Assembly: GCF_006345805.1 (NCBI RefSeq)
Contig: NW_021832226.1
Location: forward strand, 186,001 to 250,000
Source of the DNA: Octopus sinensis
Lineage: Eukaryota
Reading direction: 5' to 3'
Length of the DNA: 64,000 bases
The notes under the pieces are model-generated. The model did no database searches. It was not told the DNA's origin and worked only from the letters and a program-made list of their open reading frames with translations. The first letter of the stretch is position 1, and each line of letters opens with the position of its first letter. Of this stretch, positions 29,545 through 56,168 are shown one piece after another. The position numbers and the translations under genes are program-made.

Positions 29545-30554
29545 ATGTCTAGTGGAGTTTGTGCTGATCCTTTTAATTTTAACTACGCTATTGTACGCCG
29601 TCTTCCAAGGTGTGTTATCGACTGTTTGGGGTCAACAAATTCTGATTTTGACTTTGATGCTGCCGAAGCTGAACTAGAAAACTTTGTTGACATGCTTCGT
29701 CTCTTAGGAGTGACGATAATGGAAATCCCTGCAGACGAGATTCACCCATTCAGTTCCTTCATAGAAGACCACTTAGTCGTAATCAATAACACTGCTCTTA
29801 TTTGTAACGGGACTGACAACTCAAGAATTGGTGAAGTATATCTTTCTAGTGCTAATAATGATTAGATATCAGTTTTGCGGTCGATTCTCAGCAGAGAATT
29901 TAATTGCGTTGTTGTTGATATTGATTCGAGAGATGCCCGCGTTTATGGTGGAGATGTCCTTTTTACGGGTTTATTTACTTTATGACGAATTTTAAGGTAA
30001 GGAGATTATCGTAGGTTTAACTCAAAAAACGAATATGAAAGGAGCTAATGAAGTAGCTAAGGCTTTTCCTGACTTTCCTACTACTTGCTTTTATATTCCC
30101 GACACCAATAAATGCCTTAAAGATTACGTTATGTTGGCCAAGAGGGACGCACTGCTTGTTTGTGATTCTGAAGAATCGAAATTGATTTTGAATGTCGGTT
30201 TTTTGTGTCATTTGTTTAGAAAATTAAGACTCATACGAGTTTTACTTATTCTGTTCTATTGGTTCCCGAGGAAGGAGCTGTTGATACCGTGTTCTTGAAC
30301 AACTATCTTATCCATCTTCCGGAAGATAAATACCCACAGAGTTCTAGAGTATGGGGATTGGTGGATGGGATTTGTAGGTGTTTAGCAGCCGTTTGAACAG
30401 ACACTATGAAGTTAGTTTTAGGCAGCTGGGTAAGATCAATGCGCGACTTTCAAGAATGTGTACATTGATTTACAAGACGAGGATTCCAAGGTGTTTCACC
30501 ACGACATTAACTAATTATGACATTGATAACTTCATGTTTGTCTTAAACAAATAA
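29545..30554 (+). CDS. DDAH: Dimethylarginine dimethylaminohydrolase-like protein (amidinotransferase fold), probably catalytically inactive
   Basis: AIVRR, PADE.HP..FIED, SRIGE, GGDVLFTGKEIIVGL..TN..GA..VA.AFPDF motifs over five exons. Confidence 0.85.
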
Positions 30555-31146
30555 AGATAATTTAACTTGTTTTTCTTTACTTTTGAGATACATCTGGTTA
30601 AATCAAATGACTGGGGATTTTTAGGGAATTTCCTAACATGTTTATCAGAAAAATTTCTTTTATAAGAACTTTAAGTAATTCTAGGTTTAGAAGCAATATT
30701 CATTTCATTTAGCTCATTTTGTTTGTACAAATTTGAATCAAATGAAAATACAAAATTCTTAAAATGATTAAAAGTATTTGAATTTATTTATATTCAGCCG
30801 TATAAACAAAACTTACTGTTCAGGAAGTAAGTTTGTAATATTTTACGAGAAATTCGATTATTATTGAATCACAGTATGAAATCATTACTAACGTGCATTT
30901 ATTTGCTACTTTAAAAATAAATAATAAAACACGTAAATATGACCATTTTCCTCAGCTAAAATAACTGATTAGAATATAATCCACGTTACTTGGTGGATCA
31001 CAAAGCACCATCCGATTTAAGTCTGTCTTTATTTTCAAAGCAACAACTGCAAATAACGAGTAAATCGATTAAAACTGTCAAAGTCATATAATTAATTACT
31101 GCAATTAACGTGAAATAACGATATCTACAAGTAAAAAGATAGCAAG

Positions 31147-31597
31147 CTAATTAAAGGCCTCACGAGACACCCGGCCAGCCTCGCGAATGGCGAAGCCGTT
31201 CCCTCGGATCACAGCAATCGACAGACGTTCCAGGATCCAGAAATACTCTCTTGGATCGTGGCTAGTCCTTGAAATCCGTCGACCGGCGAGCGAAGAAGCG
31301 GAGTGTCTTGGGGCCGAAGATCCCGGAGGACTCCACGGCAATTGGAGTAAAGAACAGCGAGTTGGAGAGATGGCCGTACTTGAGAATCTTTCGCTTCTCG
31401 GCCTGCCTCGAAGCGTGCCCAGGATTGGCGGCGGACAGAGCGAGATTCGCACAGCGGAACATGTCCGAACAGGTAGAATCCCAAATAAGGGATTTCCCCT
31501 GCTCGTATGGGAAGGTGGACATGCCGTCTGGGCGTTTGCCATCCCTCTATCCAATCCAACAGGTTCAAGGATTGACGGGATGCCAGCTGAAGCGAGG
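31147..31597 (-). mobile_element. CRE-like non-LTR retrotransposon endonuclease remnant
   Basis: RPDGMSTFPYEQGKSLIWDSTC, AEKRKILKY, PIAVESSGIFG and RLSIAVIRGN. Confidence 0.75.
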
Positions 31598-31600
31598 CAG

Positions 31601-32200
31601 TTAACTAAAAGTAGACTGGCGCATCAGCCTAACTCGAAGGTCATACTTTCTCCTGTTCTTCACTTCCACTGCCTGCAAACAATCTAGGCATGTGATGTTT
31701 AACTCCAAGATAATCTTTCCGGTTACTTTATCGTAAACCACAATGTCGGTTTTATTGTGCTGCACAAAAATTGACGTGCTTATCGCGTTATTTACCTCAA
31801 TAAACACGCTTGAGTTCTCACACACCGATTGAACTCAATTTTTTTGAAACTTTTGCGACCGCCTCAAACCATACTTGTTGCGGTTCAAAAAATAGAGAAA
31901 CTTCACTACTTCGTTATGCTTTTTTGTAATCATGGTAAAGCATACTTCCGCACTTTGCGGCAACGGTTATCGCCTTAATTTTATGGAAGCTACACTGTTT
32001 CCGTTCACCACTAAAAACGTTTTTGTTTCGGAAATAGGCTAATAAATCTTAGAATCCCGGAGAGTTATTCGCATAACTCACTCAAGTTGATAAAGACGAT
32101 ACGCCAATATGCAGATTATCCAGGCTGCTAACGTGAGTCTTCTGAACGACGGGATTCTCTCTAAAATTGGATCAACTCCTTTAGATTATTTTGGATAGTA
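31601..32200 (-). mobile_element. R2/NeSL-type RLE non-LTR remnant
   Basis: HNKTDIVVYDK...ILELNITCLD...KNRRKYDL, with remnant Cys/His knuckle-like sequence upstream. Confidence 0.65.
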
Positions 32201-33139
32201 ACTAGAGTTCAGTTACTAGGCCATACTTAGTCAACACTGAGGTCCTTTGGGAGCAACCCAGGAAGGCGCTATTGTTTCTGCTAGCTCTTGGTATCATTCT
32301 TTTATGTATGATCGGGGTTATGCAACAAAAACAACTTAGTCGACACATAGCCTTTTGTGATCCTGGGTGTGTACCACTGGTTATTTTAATTGCAAGAATG
32401 GCAGTCTTCTTTGGGATACATTTGACCCACTTCACAAAGTGTTGTGTATATTAGAAAGAATTTGTTCTCTTAAGTGGCCTACGTTACTCAGTCTACGCCC
32501 CCACTGCCAGCGAAATAAGTATCATCTCTCTATTTTTTCTGAGTGCGCTTCAGAACATCACGTCAATTTCATCCCACTTAATTGGCTCGAATTCGATCGG
32601 GCAGCCTAGTAGTTGAGAAATAAGATTACATACTTGTTCAAAGCACAATGCGAGTTTTTATAACGGAAACTAATATTATAATTGGATACGACAGTTAAGA
32701 TTCATCTTTTGATTTTTATCATTTTTAATGGATTGAATTGGTTTTTTGTTGATTATATCGTTATTTCTGTCAATATTGAATTCATGACATTTCTTTTTTT
32801 GCGTTTTATGTGCTTTATAAAAATGACAAAAGTTGGAATGTTGAAAATTAAATTTAGTTTTATCTAACTAGACTGATTGGAGGCTATAAAATTCCTTTAA
32901 ATAAAGATTTTTTTAATTTTCTATCTTTGTGGACTGTAAAAATGGAGACCTTTAATTCTTTTTAATGACAAATAAATCATAATGCTGAAATTAATAAAGA
33001 TCATTAACTTACTAAATATTAATTGTATAGCAAATCAGGCAACGACTTAAAGATGCAAATCAGTAGGTTTTGATAAACTAAGATCAGGAAAATGAATCTC
33101 CATTGACGGACCTTTATTTAAAAAGGAACTAATTAATTG

Positions 33140-33850
33140 CCTAAGTCCAGAACCTTCGAAGTGAACAGAGGATGGCACTCCACGCACCTCCTTCTCTTCT
33201 TCCTCGAGATCTCTTCCACTCTAGACCTCCGAGAAGGTGCAGCCCAGCGTCTCTCGCTGCCTAAATGCCAGGAAAGGATCAGCAAGCATCAAAGGATATA
33301 CTTTCCAGAGTTCTCTTAAGAACAGTTGACTGCATATAAGCCTGTAGAGACTTATCTACACCAAAGTGTCTGAAGTACCCCTTGTGGTAAACCGGCAGTA
33401 TTGAGTGCTCTCGAGATGAGGTCGTTGAGGGCACCGTGACGAGGCGAACCAGGCGGTGTTGATCAAGTAGGGGCTGTAGCATGGAAACGAGTGTGCTGCC
33501 CAGATCTCGTCCCAGTCCCTTTGTCTGCATATCTCAGAGAGGGTTTGTAGTTTGGCGGCAGTCAAAAATTTTTGCAGGTCATCAGCCGGTAAGTCCAGAA
33601 AGAGTTCGTTGAAGGAGATTAGAACCTCTCGGACAAGCTGACAGCTTCAGAGAACTAAGAAGTGGGCATGCGGCGCCAGGTCTTTTGGTGACTGAGGCCC
33701 TCCGAACCTGAAGCTTTCCTTGGGTCCAACCGATTTCGTCAAAGGCGATGTTTAGAACTGGTTTTGTAGACGATTTCAGGGAGGTTTCCATGGAAGATAG
33801 CAAGATGGGAGTAGCATGGCAGGCAGCTGAACGTATATAGCAGTTTCGGC
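33140..33850 (-). mobile_element. Composite non-LTR remnants (RLE C-terminus plus CRE-like RT-downstream region)
   Basis: AYMQSTVLKRTLESISFD, with a nucleotide-similar copy at about 52200-52380, and LNIAFDEIGWTQGKL.VR motifs. GC-rich block. Confidence 0.55.
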
Positions 33851-34096
33851 ATGTGCTTTGTTTTAAATGTCATTCCAAGAAACGAAGAATTATCTCTAAT
33901 GGTCAATTAAAAAAATAATTTAGATGAATTTATAAATATCAAAAATAAGAAAAATCTACAAACATCAATTATTTACAATTTCTTAACAAAAAGAGTTGAA
34001 TTTTTCGAAGTTTTTTAAAAACTTAAGAAAACTCCTTTAAATATCTATCTATTTCTATGATTTTTGTTGATATATATTTTCATTTTAAAATAAATA

Positions 34097-34104
34097 TTCC
34101 CGCC
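34097..34104 (+). promoter_or_regulatory. E2F-like site TTCCCGCC upstream of ATM
   Basis: Isolated GC motif in an AT-rich region, about 30 nt before the putative ATM ATG. Confidence 0.35.
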
Positions 34105-34132
34105 AACCTCAATCCTGTGATTCTATCCTTGT

Positions 34133-46138
<12,006 letters not shown>

Positions 46139-47110
46139 GTTGAATTATTTTTTAATACAAAGTGTTATTTTTCAATATTAATTTTTTTAACATTTTTGGA
46201 ATATTTTACTTATCTTTGATGAAACGTCAAAAATTATGTAAGCTTTAAGATATAAGCTCTAATGTTTATCTTCAATTTAACCACGAACGGTGTTCTTTAT
46301 TTTTTCTTTACTTTCAAATTAAAAAAATTATCATCGGTTTTTAAAACGGTGCAAATTTAATTAAGATAATTGGTGCTTTTTTGAATATCATAGGCAATCT
46401 AAGTTTCTCTAAAAGAATTCTTAGATCAAAATAAAAAGAACCAGCTTTAACGACTGTAGAAAGTTTAAAACTAAATTTAATTTTAGGCACCAGTTTTCTT
46501 TGGAAAGGTAAATGGAATACTTGGAAACCTACTATCAGAAATAGATTAACAGATTGTGTCTGATTTATGATTAGCATAGTTCACGAACATAATCTTGTTA
46601 TTGCTAGGATCTTTAGTTTCTTTTTAACAAGATCCGTACCATATTGTTATTGGTTATAGTCAACAACTTCAAAACTTTTTCTTTATGAAAAAACTTTCCC
46701 TTTCTGGTCTCGAAATTAATATTCACTTTTTAAAAGTTCTCGGGTTTATCGGGTAAATCGGTAATCTCAACATCTGAAACTAATGTAGATGCACTAATGG
46801 ACAAAAAATGACATCTACGGTTTTTGAAAACTCAAGCTCTTCATGTATTCTTTAAAACGCAACTTACCAAATGAATACCAAATGTTCAGAAGGAACATTG
46901 CCATTGATATACTCCGTATAAAGATAAACTATTTAATGAGACTTAATGAGACTAACTTGCATCACAAAAGAGAAAGTTCAAACTACATGCTTCTCAGGTT
47001 TTTTGCTGGATTATGTAAAAATCTTAAAAATTGTAACATTGGACAAATCTTAAAATAAGTTTGTAAAATTATTTTGAAACACATTCTAAAGAAAAGAGAA
47101 ACGCTATGGC

Positions 47111-48472
47111 TTAATAATCAGGCGATCTCACAATCTCATTGCTATATTCGATACTTGGAAATCCGGTTAATAAATAATTTAAGGCCCTTTTCGTCGCCTT
47201 GGATACCTCGTCATTTTTTGAAATAATCAAGACACAGTCATTAAACCACTTTATTGAATAAATAAACTTATTAAGTATCGATCTTTGGAGTACATAGGGC
47301 GACACTTAAAATATTTCGTTTTCTTCACTTGGCTTTCTAAAAGTCAATATGAAACGAGATACTCTCTAGTGTCTACTAAAATAAATTTTATTTATTTACA
47401 CCCAACTACTCGAAATACCCTTTGCCGTATTTAGTGACAAATTTGATCTATATTTCCGTAATAAAGCATTTTTAAAGTACTAAAGAAAAATACGCAATTA
47501 ATTTCTTAACATCCCGGAAGGTTTTCTTGGGAAAGGACGAACTCAATCAAGTCCTTTCATGTCGTGCACTTCGTCTCTTGAAAAAATTTTTGTACCATTA
47601 AAAAGCTTCCTCTCTGAAAAATTGTCCAACCTGCACCACTATTGTTGTAGGTTGAGGGGAGTACAAATCAACAAATCAGCAAGTGGTTTTATTTTTAAAC
47701 AACAATAAAACAAAAAAGCAATGTTAAAAGATAGATCATATACATGTTACTACTAAGTACATTTTGATTCAAAGCAGTGGCAAATAAATGTATATCTTGA
47801 CTGATATTATTAAATACAACACATGAATAAATCCCCTCCAAGTTAGTTCTTAATATAGTTTCACGTGATCTCACAATAAAGCTCTCAACCGGTTGGTCAT
47901 TCCGTAACCATTTTACACGTGTTAAATCACCTTCGAACTTACAGTTAAACTGGACTGTTCGTGGTTTATTCAAAATTGTTTTTGTCCCATAGGATGTTAT
48001 CTTTGATGGCTCTGAAACTTTAAATAAACGTAGAAACTGAGAGATATAACTGTCGATGTCAGAAATGGCCTGTTTATTGAGTAGTCCGATGTGCCAATGC
48101 AGTAAAACGTCTTGTTTTCATCCACAAAATTTTTTATTTTAAGCGTTGAGGAGTTTTTTGTAAGTTTAACGGAGAATTTCTCATTCAAAGTTTCTCCGAA
48201 CGAAATATTTTGCACAAAATGGACAGTTGCCCGCGTATCATCCCCGTAGTAGTCCTTCCATATTATCTAATATTATAATGTGAGTATACAAATCACTTTT
48301 CTAGCATTGTTACTGCTGCAAATAATATCAACTGATCCGTATTTCTTGACGTATTGCAAGACTGGAGATATTGTTAAATCAATTCCGTTTTCAATTATAG
48401 ACTTTGTTTGAATCAGGGACATTAGACAATCTTTTATATAATTTAGTCTTCTTACTTACATATTGAGATCAT
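47111..48472 (-). CDS. Immunoglobulin-domain type I membrane protein (two Ig domains, TM; 3' end unresolved)
   Basis: DIICSS...W...STLKIKN...FYCIG and FNCKF...VKWLRND...GIYSCVVFN Ig patterns, followed by hydrophobic YMIYLLTLLFCFIV. Confidence 0.6.
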
Positions 48473-48699
48473 TTCATAAAGTGAATGACTGCTTATTTAT
48501 ATATAATCGACAGCTGTCGTTGAATAATTAAGAAACGGAAAAATTAATTAAATAGCCAACTGGTCTCTTGACTCTCATTGACCTCGTCTGGGAATTATTA
48601 TTATGACTTGATGACTATTTTAAATCCCATTTATTTATATTAATTTATTGAAAAATAAATTTTTTAAATATCAATTAAATAAGTTATTCGTGATTTTAT

Positions 48700-50039
48700 A
48701 TGGAGGACATCCCAGATCTCGAACCAATAACCAATAGTAGCCGAGTACCAATAACAGTAATCACAGGATGTCTAGGTATCCTTAATCATACCCATTTTAC
48801 TCTCAAGGATCAGGAAAAACGACTCTAATGAAACACATCCTCACAGAAAACCACCAAAAACGAATTGCTGTTATCCTTAATGAATTTGGGGAAGGTTTCT
48901 TTTGGATCAAAATTTCTTAAGGAAGTGCCCTGGAAAAGTCAATTATGGTTAAAAAAGACCAAAATATGTACGAAGAATGGCTGGAACTCAACAACGGATG
49001 TCTCTGCTGCTCGATCAAGTCCATCTTTTCAAAAAATATTTTAGGAAGAGCGGTGTCAGTGCCATAGAAAGTCTAATGAAGAGACAAGGGACATTTGACT
49101 ATATCCTACTCGAGACTACTGGTCTGGCCGACCCAGGTAGTCCCCGTTTTTTTAAAACAGGGCCAATTGCGGAAATGTTTTGGTTAGACGAACAGGTATG
49201 TGCAGATGTGTATTTGGACGGAATCGTCACTTTGGTAGACAGTAAAAACTATGAGAGGGTGGTGACCTCATAAGTAACGTCATTTAGACAATTTCTGAAG
49301 GAAACGCTGGAGATGAGGCTCTGAGGTTGTGTTTAGGCTGGTCATTTTGTAGACAAATTGCAGTGGCTGACGTGATTATTTTAAATAAAACCGATTTGGT
49401 GGACAAAGTGGGTTTGGAAAATGTCAAAACTATTCTGAGGTTTTTTTGTACATTTTAGACCCAGTTCTATCAACGGAAACGCAGAAATTGTGGAAGCATC
49501 ATATTCTGAGTATTATGGCTGTCTCAAAATATAGGATAGACGTGTCCCTCATTCTAGACTTGAACATGTATAGTTCAGTCAATCTGGACAAAGATGTTCT
49601 GTTTTGTGGCGATTCAGCCAAATTTTCATGCTATTCGGGGAAAAAGCAACATTTGAACTCTGTAGACCGCCTGTTGCTTTATTCCAGGCGATTGGGACAG
49701 TGACTGTGCAAGTGAAGGGGAGGATTAATACAGAGCGGTTGGAAGGGTTTTTGGAGCAGTTGATTTGGGACAAGGATGTGTGGGGGGAAGACGGAAACAT
49801 GGAAATAATCCGATTCAAGGTATAGTAGTCTAAATAGGGAAGGGAGTGGTGTCAAGGAGAGAGGGGAGTGAGATGTATCAAGGAGTGTATGAGTTGTATG
49901 ATAAAAAATATTTGGACAACGTGAGGGTGGAGGGGAGTAGATTTATATTTATTGGTTTACAGTCGATATATTGGTAGGGAAGAATCTAAGTGAGCCTGTC
50001 CTTCGAACACGGTTGCAGATGGTCATGGAGGAGGAGTAA
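48700..50039 (+). CDS. ZNG1: COG0523 zinc metallochaperone GTPase ZNG1/CBWD
   Basis: IPDLEPI N-terminal motif, [42 protein letters not shown] and a CobW_C region (QGVYELYD). Confidence 0.92.
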
Positions 50040-51113
50040 TTCTTTTTTGCGTTTTTTTATTTTAACCTTTTGTTTGACTTTAGTATTCCTAGACAAGTAG
50101 AGTTAGTATTTCAAGGTCATTCACTTATTTGATTGTCTTTTTATTAGACGGAGAATTTTATCGCGTTCCTTTTTCAGCATTTCAATATTTAGAATTCCAG
50201 CTTTAGGAAAATTTCTTTCAGGTTTTCGGATAGTTTTTTGATTGTGGAGCCGTGGAACTGGCCTCTTTTCTGACAAGTGTCTCTAAACTATGTCATGATA
50301 CCACTTTTTTCCCAAGTTATCATTCTCTGTCAGAATTTCAGTAGCCAGCCGAGAACCGCAACTGCATCTATATGTTTTTTCCCACTATCCCAAAAAACCG
50401 TTTTAGGTATGTAATGACAAGTTTTTGATCACTAATCTGATTAAATGTTGTCATAGACTTTCCATTGGTTTTATTTCAACAGTCTATCCACTTCTTCTTG
50501 TACTTTGTGAGATGTTCAACAAAATTGTTACATAGATATCAGACAACAGCGCTTCAAAAATCGGCAAAAAGTCGATTTCTGAGTCCTCTTATTTTATGCT
50601 CATCATTACTTTGTTTCTATTATTCGGATTTTAGTTTCCACAAATAAATATTAGAGTAGATTGGTGCAGATCCAAATAAGATGATATTTTTATTTAAAAA
50701 TCGTTCAATTCCAATATATTTGTTAATATCCTACTAGCATAGAGACATACATATTGTCATCAAACAATTATTCCTGAACGGGAATTGACAGAATTTGGTT
50801 ATAAAAATGCGGTCACTGATGGTCCATAACTCATGTAAGTGACCAATTTGCCTGATCGCAAAGCCAAGACAATAGTGAAGTTTTTCCAACAGTGGTTTCT
50901 GTGGTTTGTGAAATCTCCGTTTCCTGAAGGCAGAAGATTTCAATTTTGTATCTTTTTAAGTCCACTCCAAGCGGATCTCTTTTCAACTGGCTTGAAACTC
51001 TGAAGATAAAAGATGCAAGAGTAAAACAAGTTTAATTCTGTTGTTAGCATTTGTTTACTGTTCAGAGTTTATATTGAATCTTATCTGTTGATAGATTTAG
51101 AATATGTCATTAA

Positions 51114-52161
<1,048 letters not shown>

Positions 52162-52689
52162 CTGATATGCTTTAAATTTAAAAAATAAGTTAATTAATTA
52201 TTCAACTAAGTACTGAGCCTTCAGGGTGAACATTCTTTTTTCTAATTTCTGGTTCTGTAGACCCCATAAGGTGCAGTTCAACGCCTACCTTTGACAAATG
52301 TCAAGAAAGGGCTGAATCTTGGATTATCAAACGAGATACTTTACAGAGTTCTCTTATGAACAGTTGACTGAATATAAGCATATTGCTTAAACTTAACAAT
52401 TTAAAGATACATTTCAGTTCAGAATCAGGTGGGGATTGGAAAAAACATCAATTAAACTCAATATCTCTAGAACAAAGGCATATCGTTGGATAAGGGAAAG
52501 GTGGAAATTATAGAAAAAAGTTTAACAAAAACATGTTGACTTTTTTATATCAAGACGATAACAAAATTACCCTTCATGGAATCAAGAGAATAGAATTTGT
52601 TGAAAAATATTTAAAATTTCAATCGGAAAACAGACTAATTTGCTTTATGAATTAATTAAACTTTAATCTTCATATCAGCAGGAAAGAAA

Positions 52690-53160
52690 GAAGATCAAAA
52701 ATGTGTGATCAAAAGTAAAAGCTCACGTGAAAAGAGACATTCCTTCTCTAAAAAAACAAATTTTATTCCATCAAGGAGAATGTTCGTCAACTAAAGAGTA
52801 TTGAACACGGATACTTGAAAAAATACTTGTAAATAAAATATAAGCAATTAAATCTAAAGATTGTGTAAGCTTTATTTCTGGAATTCAGGGAAATATTCCT
52901 GACATACTAATTGGTGTTAATTATATTTAGTTTGCTATTAATTTCATTTTGTTTAGTATTCATTCAACTTAGCGTAATCATTTTATAGTAATTCTTAATC
53001 CTTAAATCTGCTTCTTTCGTTTGATCGTCACGAGTAGTACATTTGGCATGTTCATTTGTTGAGTAACATTTTCCCGAAATACGTAAACAGAAAACCGTCT
53101 TTTAAATTCAACTTTTTGGAAGAATCAACAGGATCAGTGTCATTGTCAGTTTTGGGGAAA
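52690..53160. repeat. Diverged copy of 56680-57280 (IS630-like element end plus adjacent sequence)
   Basis: Shared strings such as CAAAAGTAAAAGCTC.CGTG.AAAGAGACAT, GCTTTATTTCTGGAAT, CGTAATCATTTTAT and TTTGTTGAGTAACATTTT. Confidence 0.7.
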
Positions 53161-53498
53161 ACCGCCTTAAATTTAAATTTGTTAAAGTTTGTTTGAATCA
53201 GCGGAATATTCCCTGATGATTTTAAAATTGTTTACGTTTTTGCGCAAAGGTATAGAATTTCGATTGATATTAAATTCAAAAAAATTTTATGTGAATTGCA
53301 TTGATCCACAACAGAATGTTTGTTTTTTTTTCTTTCGAAGATCAAGATTCCGTGAAAGAAGCTATTCGTTAAAAATGAGAAAATCCAAATTATCCAAAAA
53401 ATAATTATAAGTCCAAAAAAGTTTTTAAAACACTTTAAATTATGCATTATTCATTTTCTGTTTTAACTGAGAGAGAAGCGTGAAGTATTTGGGGTCTC

Positions 53499-55376
53499 TT
53501 AATAAGGAAGATCTTGAATCTCGATATCTAGTAAACCTAAAAATATTAGTAAATATAACCATACGCTCTGAATTCAGGAGAGACTACAAATTTATTAACA
53601 AAGTCAAACCTTTGCTTCTTCTGAAATAAACGAATAATCCAGTTAATAAAAACAAAATCAAAATAATTATCGGAATGGCGATCAATAGAATATTGGTAAG
53701 AGAGAAAAAATGAGTATTCTTTGTTTCAATTTCATTTTTCACTAACTTTAAAGCCATTAAAGAGCTTTACCAAATTTTAATGAAACTTCGATTGTACGAC
53801 TTATCTCTACAAATCCATCTGATAATTTGCATGTGAGTTGTGCATTTGGTAAATCCTTTTTCAAAATATTGAGGAAAGTTGAATTAAAATGAAAACTGCT
53901 TGTCGTTTTGTTGGATTTAATGAAGTATATGGAATCGGTTTTATTATGTTTTAATAGCTGTCCATCATAGAACCAGGTTATTCTCATTGTCCTGAGTGAG
54001 TCAACAGTTCCTCCACACATAATTTCATGCAAGTTTAACTGTGTAAAATTCACATGATCAGGGTATGGCATAAATATTGTAGGTGGTTCTATAAGCATAA
54101 GGTAAACTGTTTTCGCAGCTTGTGAATATTGGTTCTCTCCATAACACCGAATACTCATAGATTGTGTTGCATTGATTATATTAAGCTTCTTGCCGTTCAT
54201 CGACAAAAATAAATTAAGCTCACGTTCGGTTTTGTCTTAATATAATTAACAGGTTTAAATACCATATTCAATTGAATCCAAATACCATTTCATTTGGGGT
54301 TCTGGAAATCCTTTTTTCAAAGAACAAGTGAATGTGGCACTATCACCTTTTGTTACATTTAGTGAGACCAATGAGTCGGAAATGGAAACTGGTTCTACCA
54401 ATCTTTAAAAAAAATAACCGTAAATTGTCAGGTTGAAATATCTTGTGGCCTCCCAGATTTTATAGTTATTGGTAACAAGAGCACATTCAATCTCACGGGT
54501 TGGTTTTGTCGCATCCGCATTTACAAAAAGATTGTTAATTCCTAGCAAAATGTTTTTTTCATAATAATGGACTGTTGTGTCCTCACTGAGAATAAAAATC
54601 AAAAAGAAACCGTGTAAAATATAAACAAGGACGAATATATTGCGACTCTCCACGTTTAATTACAACGTTCTGAGTATATGGGAAGATAGGAAAACTAGAA
54701 TAATAATAATCTTTTATGTTTAGAGCAAAATATACGTGTTTTGATATCTTTAAAACGAAAAGTTTTTTGCCTTCCATATTTCCCTTCGCAAATGTAGGAA
54801 CATTTATTGTCATCGGGTAAAAAATATTTAATAAACAAAGCGTTATTCTCAATCATCATTCTATCGGTATGTGTCGAATGGTCGATAATTGGTTTTTTCC
54901 CGTCTTTACAGATTTTGTACCAGGTGCATCTGGAACTAAACCCATAAACCCATAATACTGCAAAGGGATCAAAAAAATGATCAAAATCTAAAATTATTTA
55001 TGGTTTCGAAAATACAAGTATCTTTAATAAAACTTTCCACATTAAACGGGATAGATGTTTCTCGACCGCACTTGTTTTCAACAGTGCACGTAAATGTCTT
55101 TGTTTCATTATAGTCTTCGTCGAAAACGAGATTTCTACCATCTCTATAGTAAGGCAATTCTTGTGTAAAATCAATGGGGATTCCTTCTTTAGTCCACCTT
55201 TATATATTATATAAGTATTATATACTGATATTCATCATTTGAATTTGCCTCTACAGGACATTCGATTGTGTAGTTAGAATCAGTAAGATATTTTGATTTA
55301 CTTGTGGGCATGTTCATAGTCGGAGGGAGACAGCTAGTAACTGTCAGAGCATATAAAAGAAGTGTACAAAGCAGCA
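53499..55376 (-). CDS. Multi-Ig-domain type I membrane protein (signal peptide, several Ig domains, TM, short Tyr-containing tail)
   Basis: MLLCTLLLYALTVTS signal peptide, repeated C...W...C Ig patterns (e.g. IMCGG...ITWFYDG...LTCKLSDG), and TM ILLIAIPIIILILFLLTGLFVYF followed by RRSK. Confidence 0.75.
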
Positions 55377-55614
55377 TTTTCTATATTTACGGATTTTCCC
55401 ATATAAATATATTTCTAGGCTAAAAGTTAAATCTGGAAATAATAAAAATTGTTTCCAATTTTGTCTAAAACCGATTTAGAAATAAAAACACTAAAAAAAG
55501 ACTCAAACAAGGTTAAGAAAAAAAACTTTATTGTTATTTTCAATTTTTATACATCAAAAAATAAGAATATCTTTAGTTGGCTTAGAATCATTTAAAATAT
55601 ACCATTTCCTATAC

Positions 55615-56160
55615 CAGCGGTTCTCAAATGCGGCCCCCGGGGCCGCATGTGGCCCCCAGGATTTTTTTTGCGGCCCCTCTAGAGTAACTAACTTTTTTAA
55701 TTTTTTAATAATGTTTAAATTTAATTATTCATTCTTAAGGTTAAACATATCCATAATTGGTGATTTCATTAATCAATTTGAAGCACGTTTTGGAGTACAT
55801 TATAAATTTAATTTTTAGAATTTTAAAGAATTCCTTCCTTTAATGAAAATATTCGTAACTCTATTCACCGTGGAAATTAAGGATGCGCCTGCAAAGTTTC
55901 AACTAGAACTCATTAGTTTGCAACATGATATAGAACTGGCGGCATTATTAAAAAATGCGTCCATTATTAATTTTTACGAATTAATTCCTCAAGACAAATT
56001 CAAAAATATAGCACACAATGCATATATGAATCTACATATTTATGCGAATATATTTAGTAAAATGGAAAATATAAAAATATATAAAATATTTTTTGTGCGG
56101 CCCGCGAAGCTAATCTTAATTATCGATTTGGCCCTTGAGCTAAAAGGTTGAGAACCCCTG
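55615..56160 (+). mobile_element. Internally deleted hAT (SPIN/GTF2IRD2-like) element
   Basis: CAGCGGTTCTCAA...TTGAGAACCCCTG with 8-bp TSD TCCTATAC. Contains the transposase C-terminal fragment APAKFQLELISLQ. Confidence 0.88.
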
Positions 56161-56168
56161 TCCTATAC

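Noticed and set aside
50100-51050. Possible minus-strand gene between ZNG1 and COQ5
   Set aside because: Coding-like stretches exist, but I could not build a consistent exon chain or recognise a domain.
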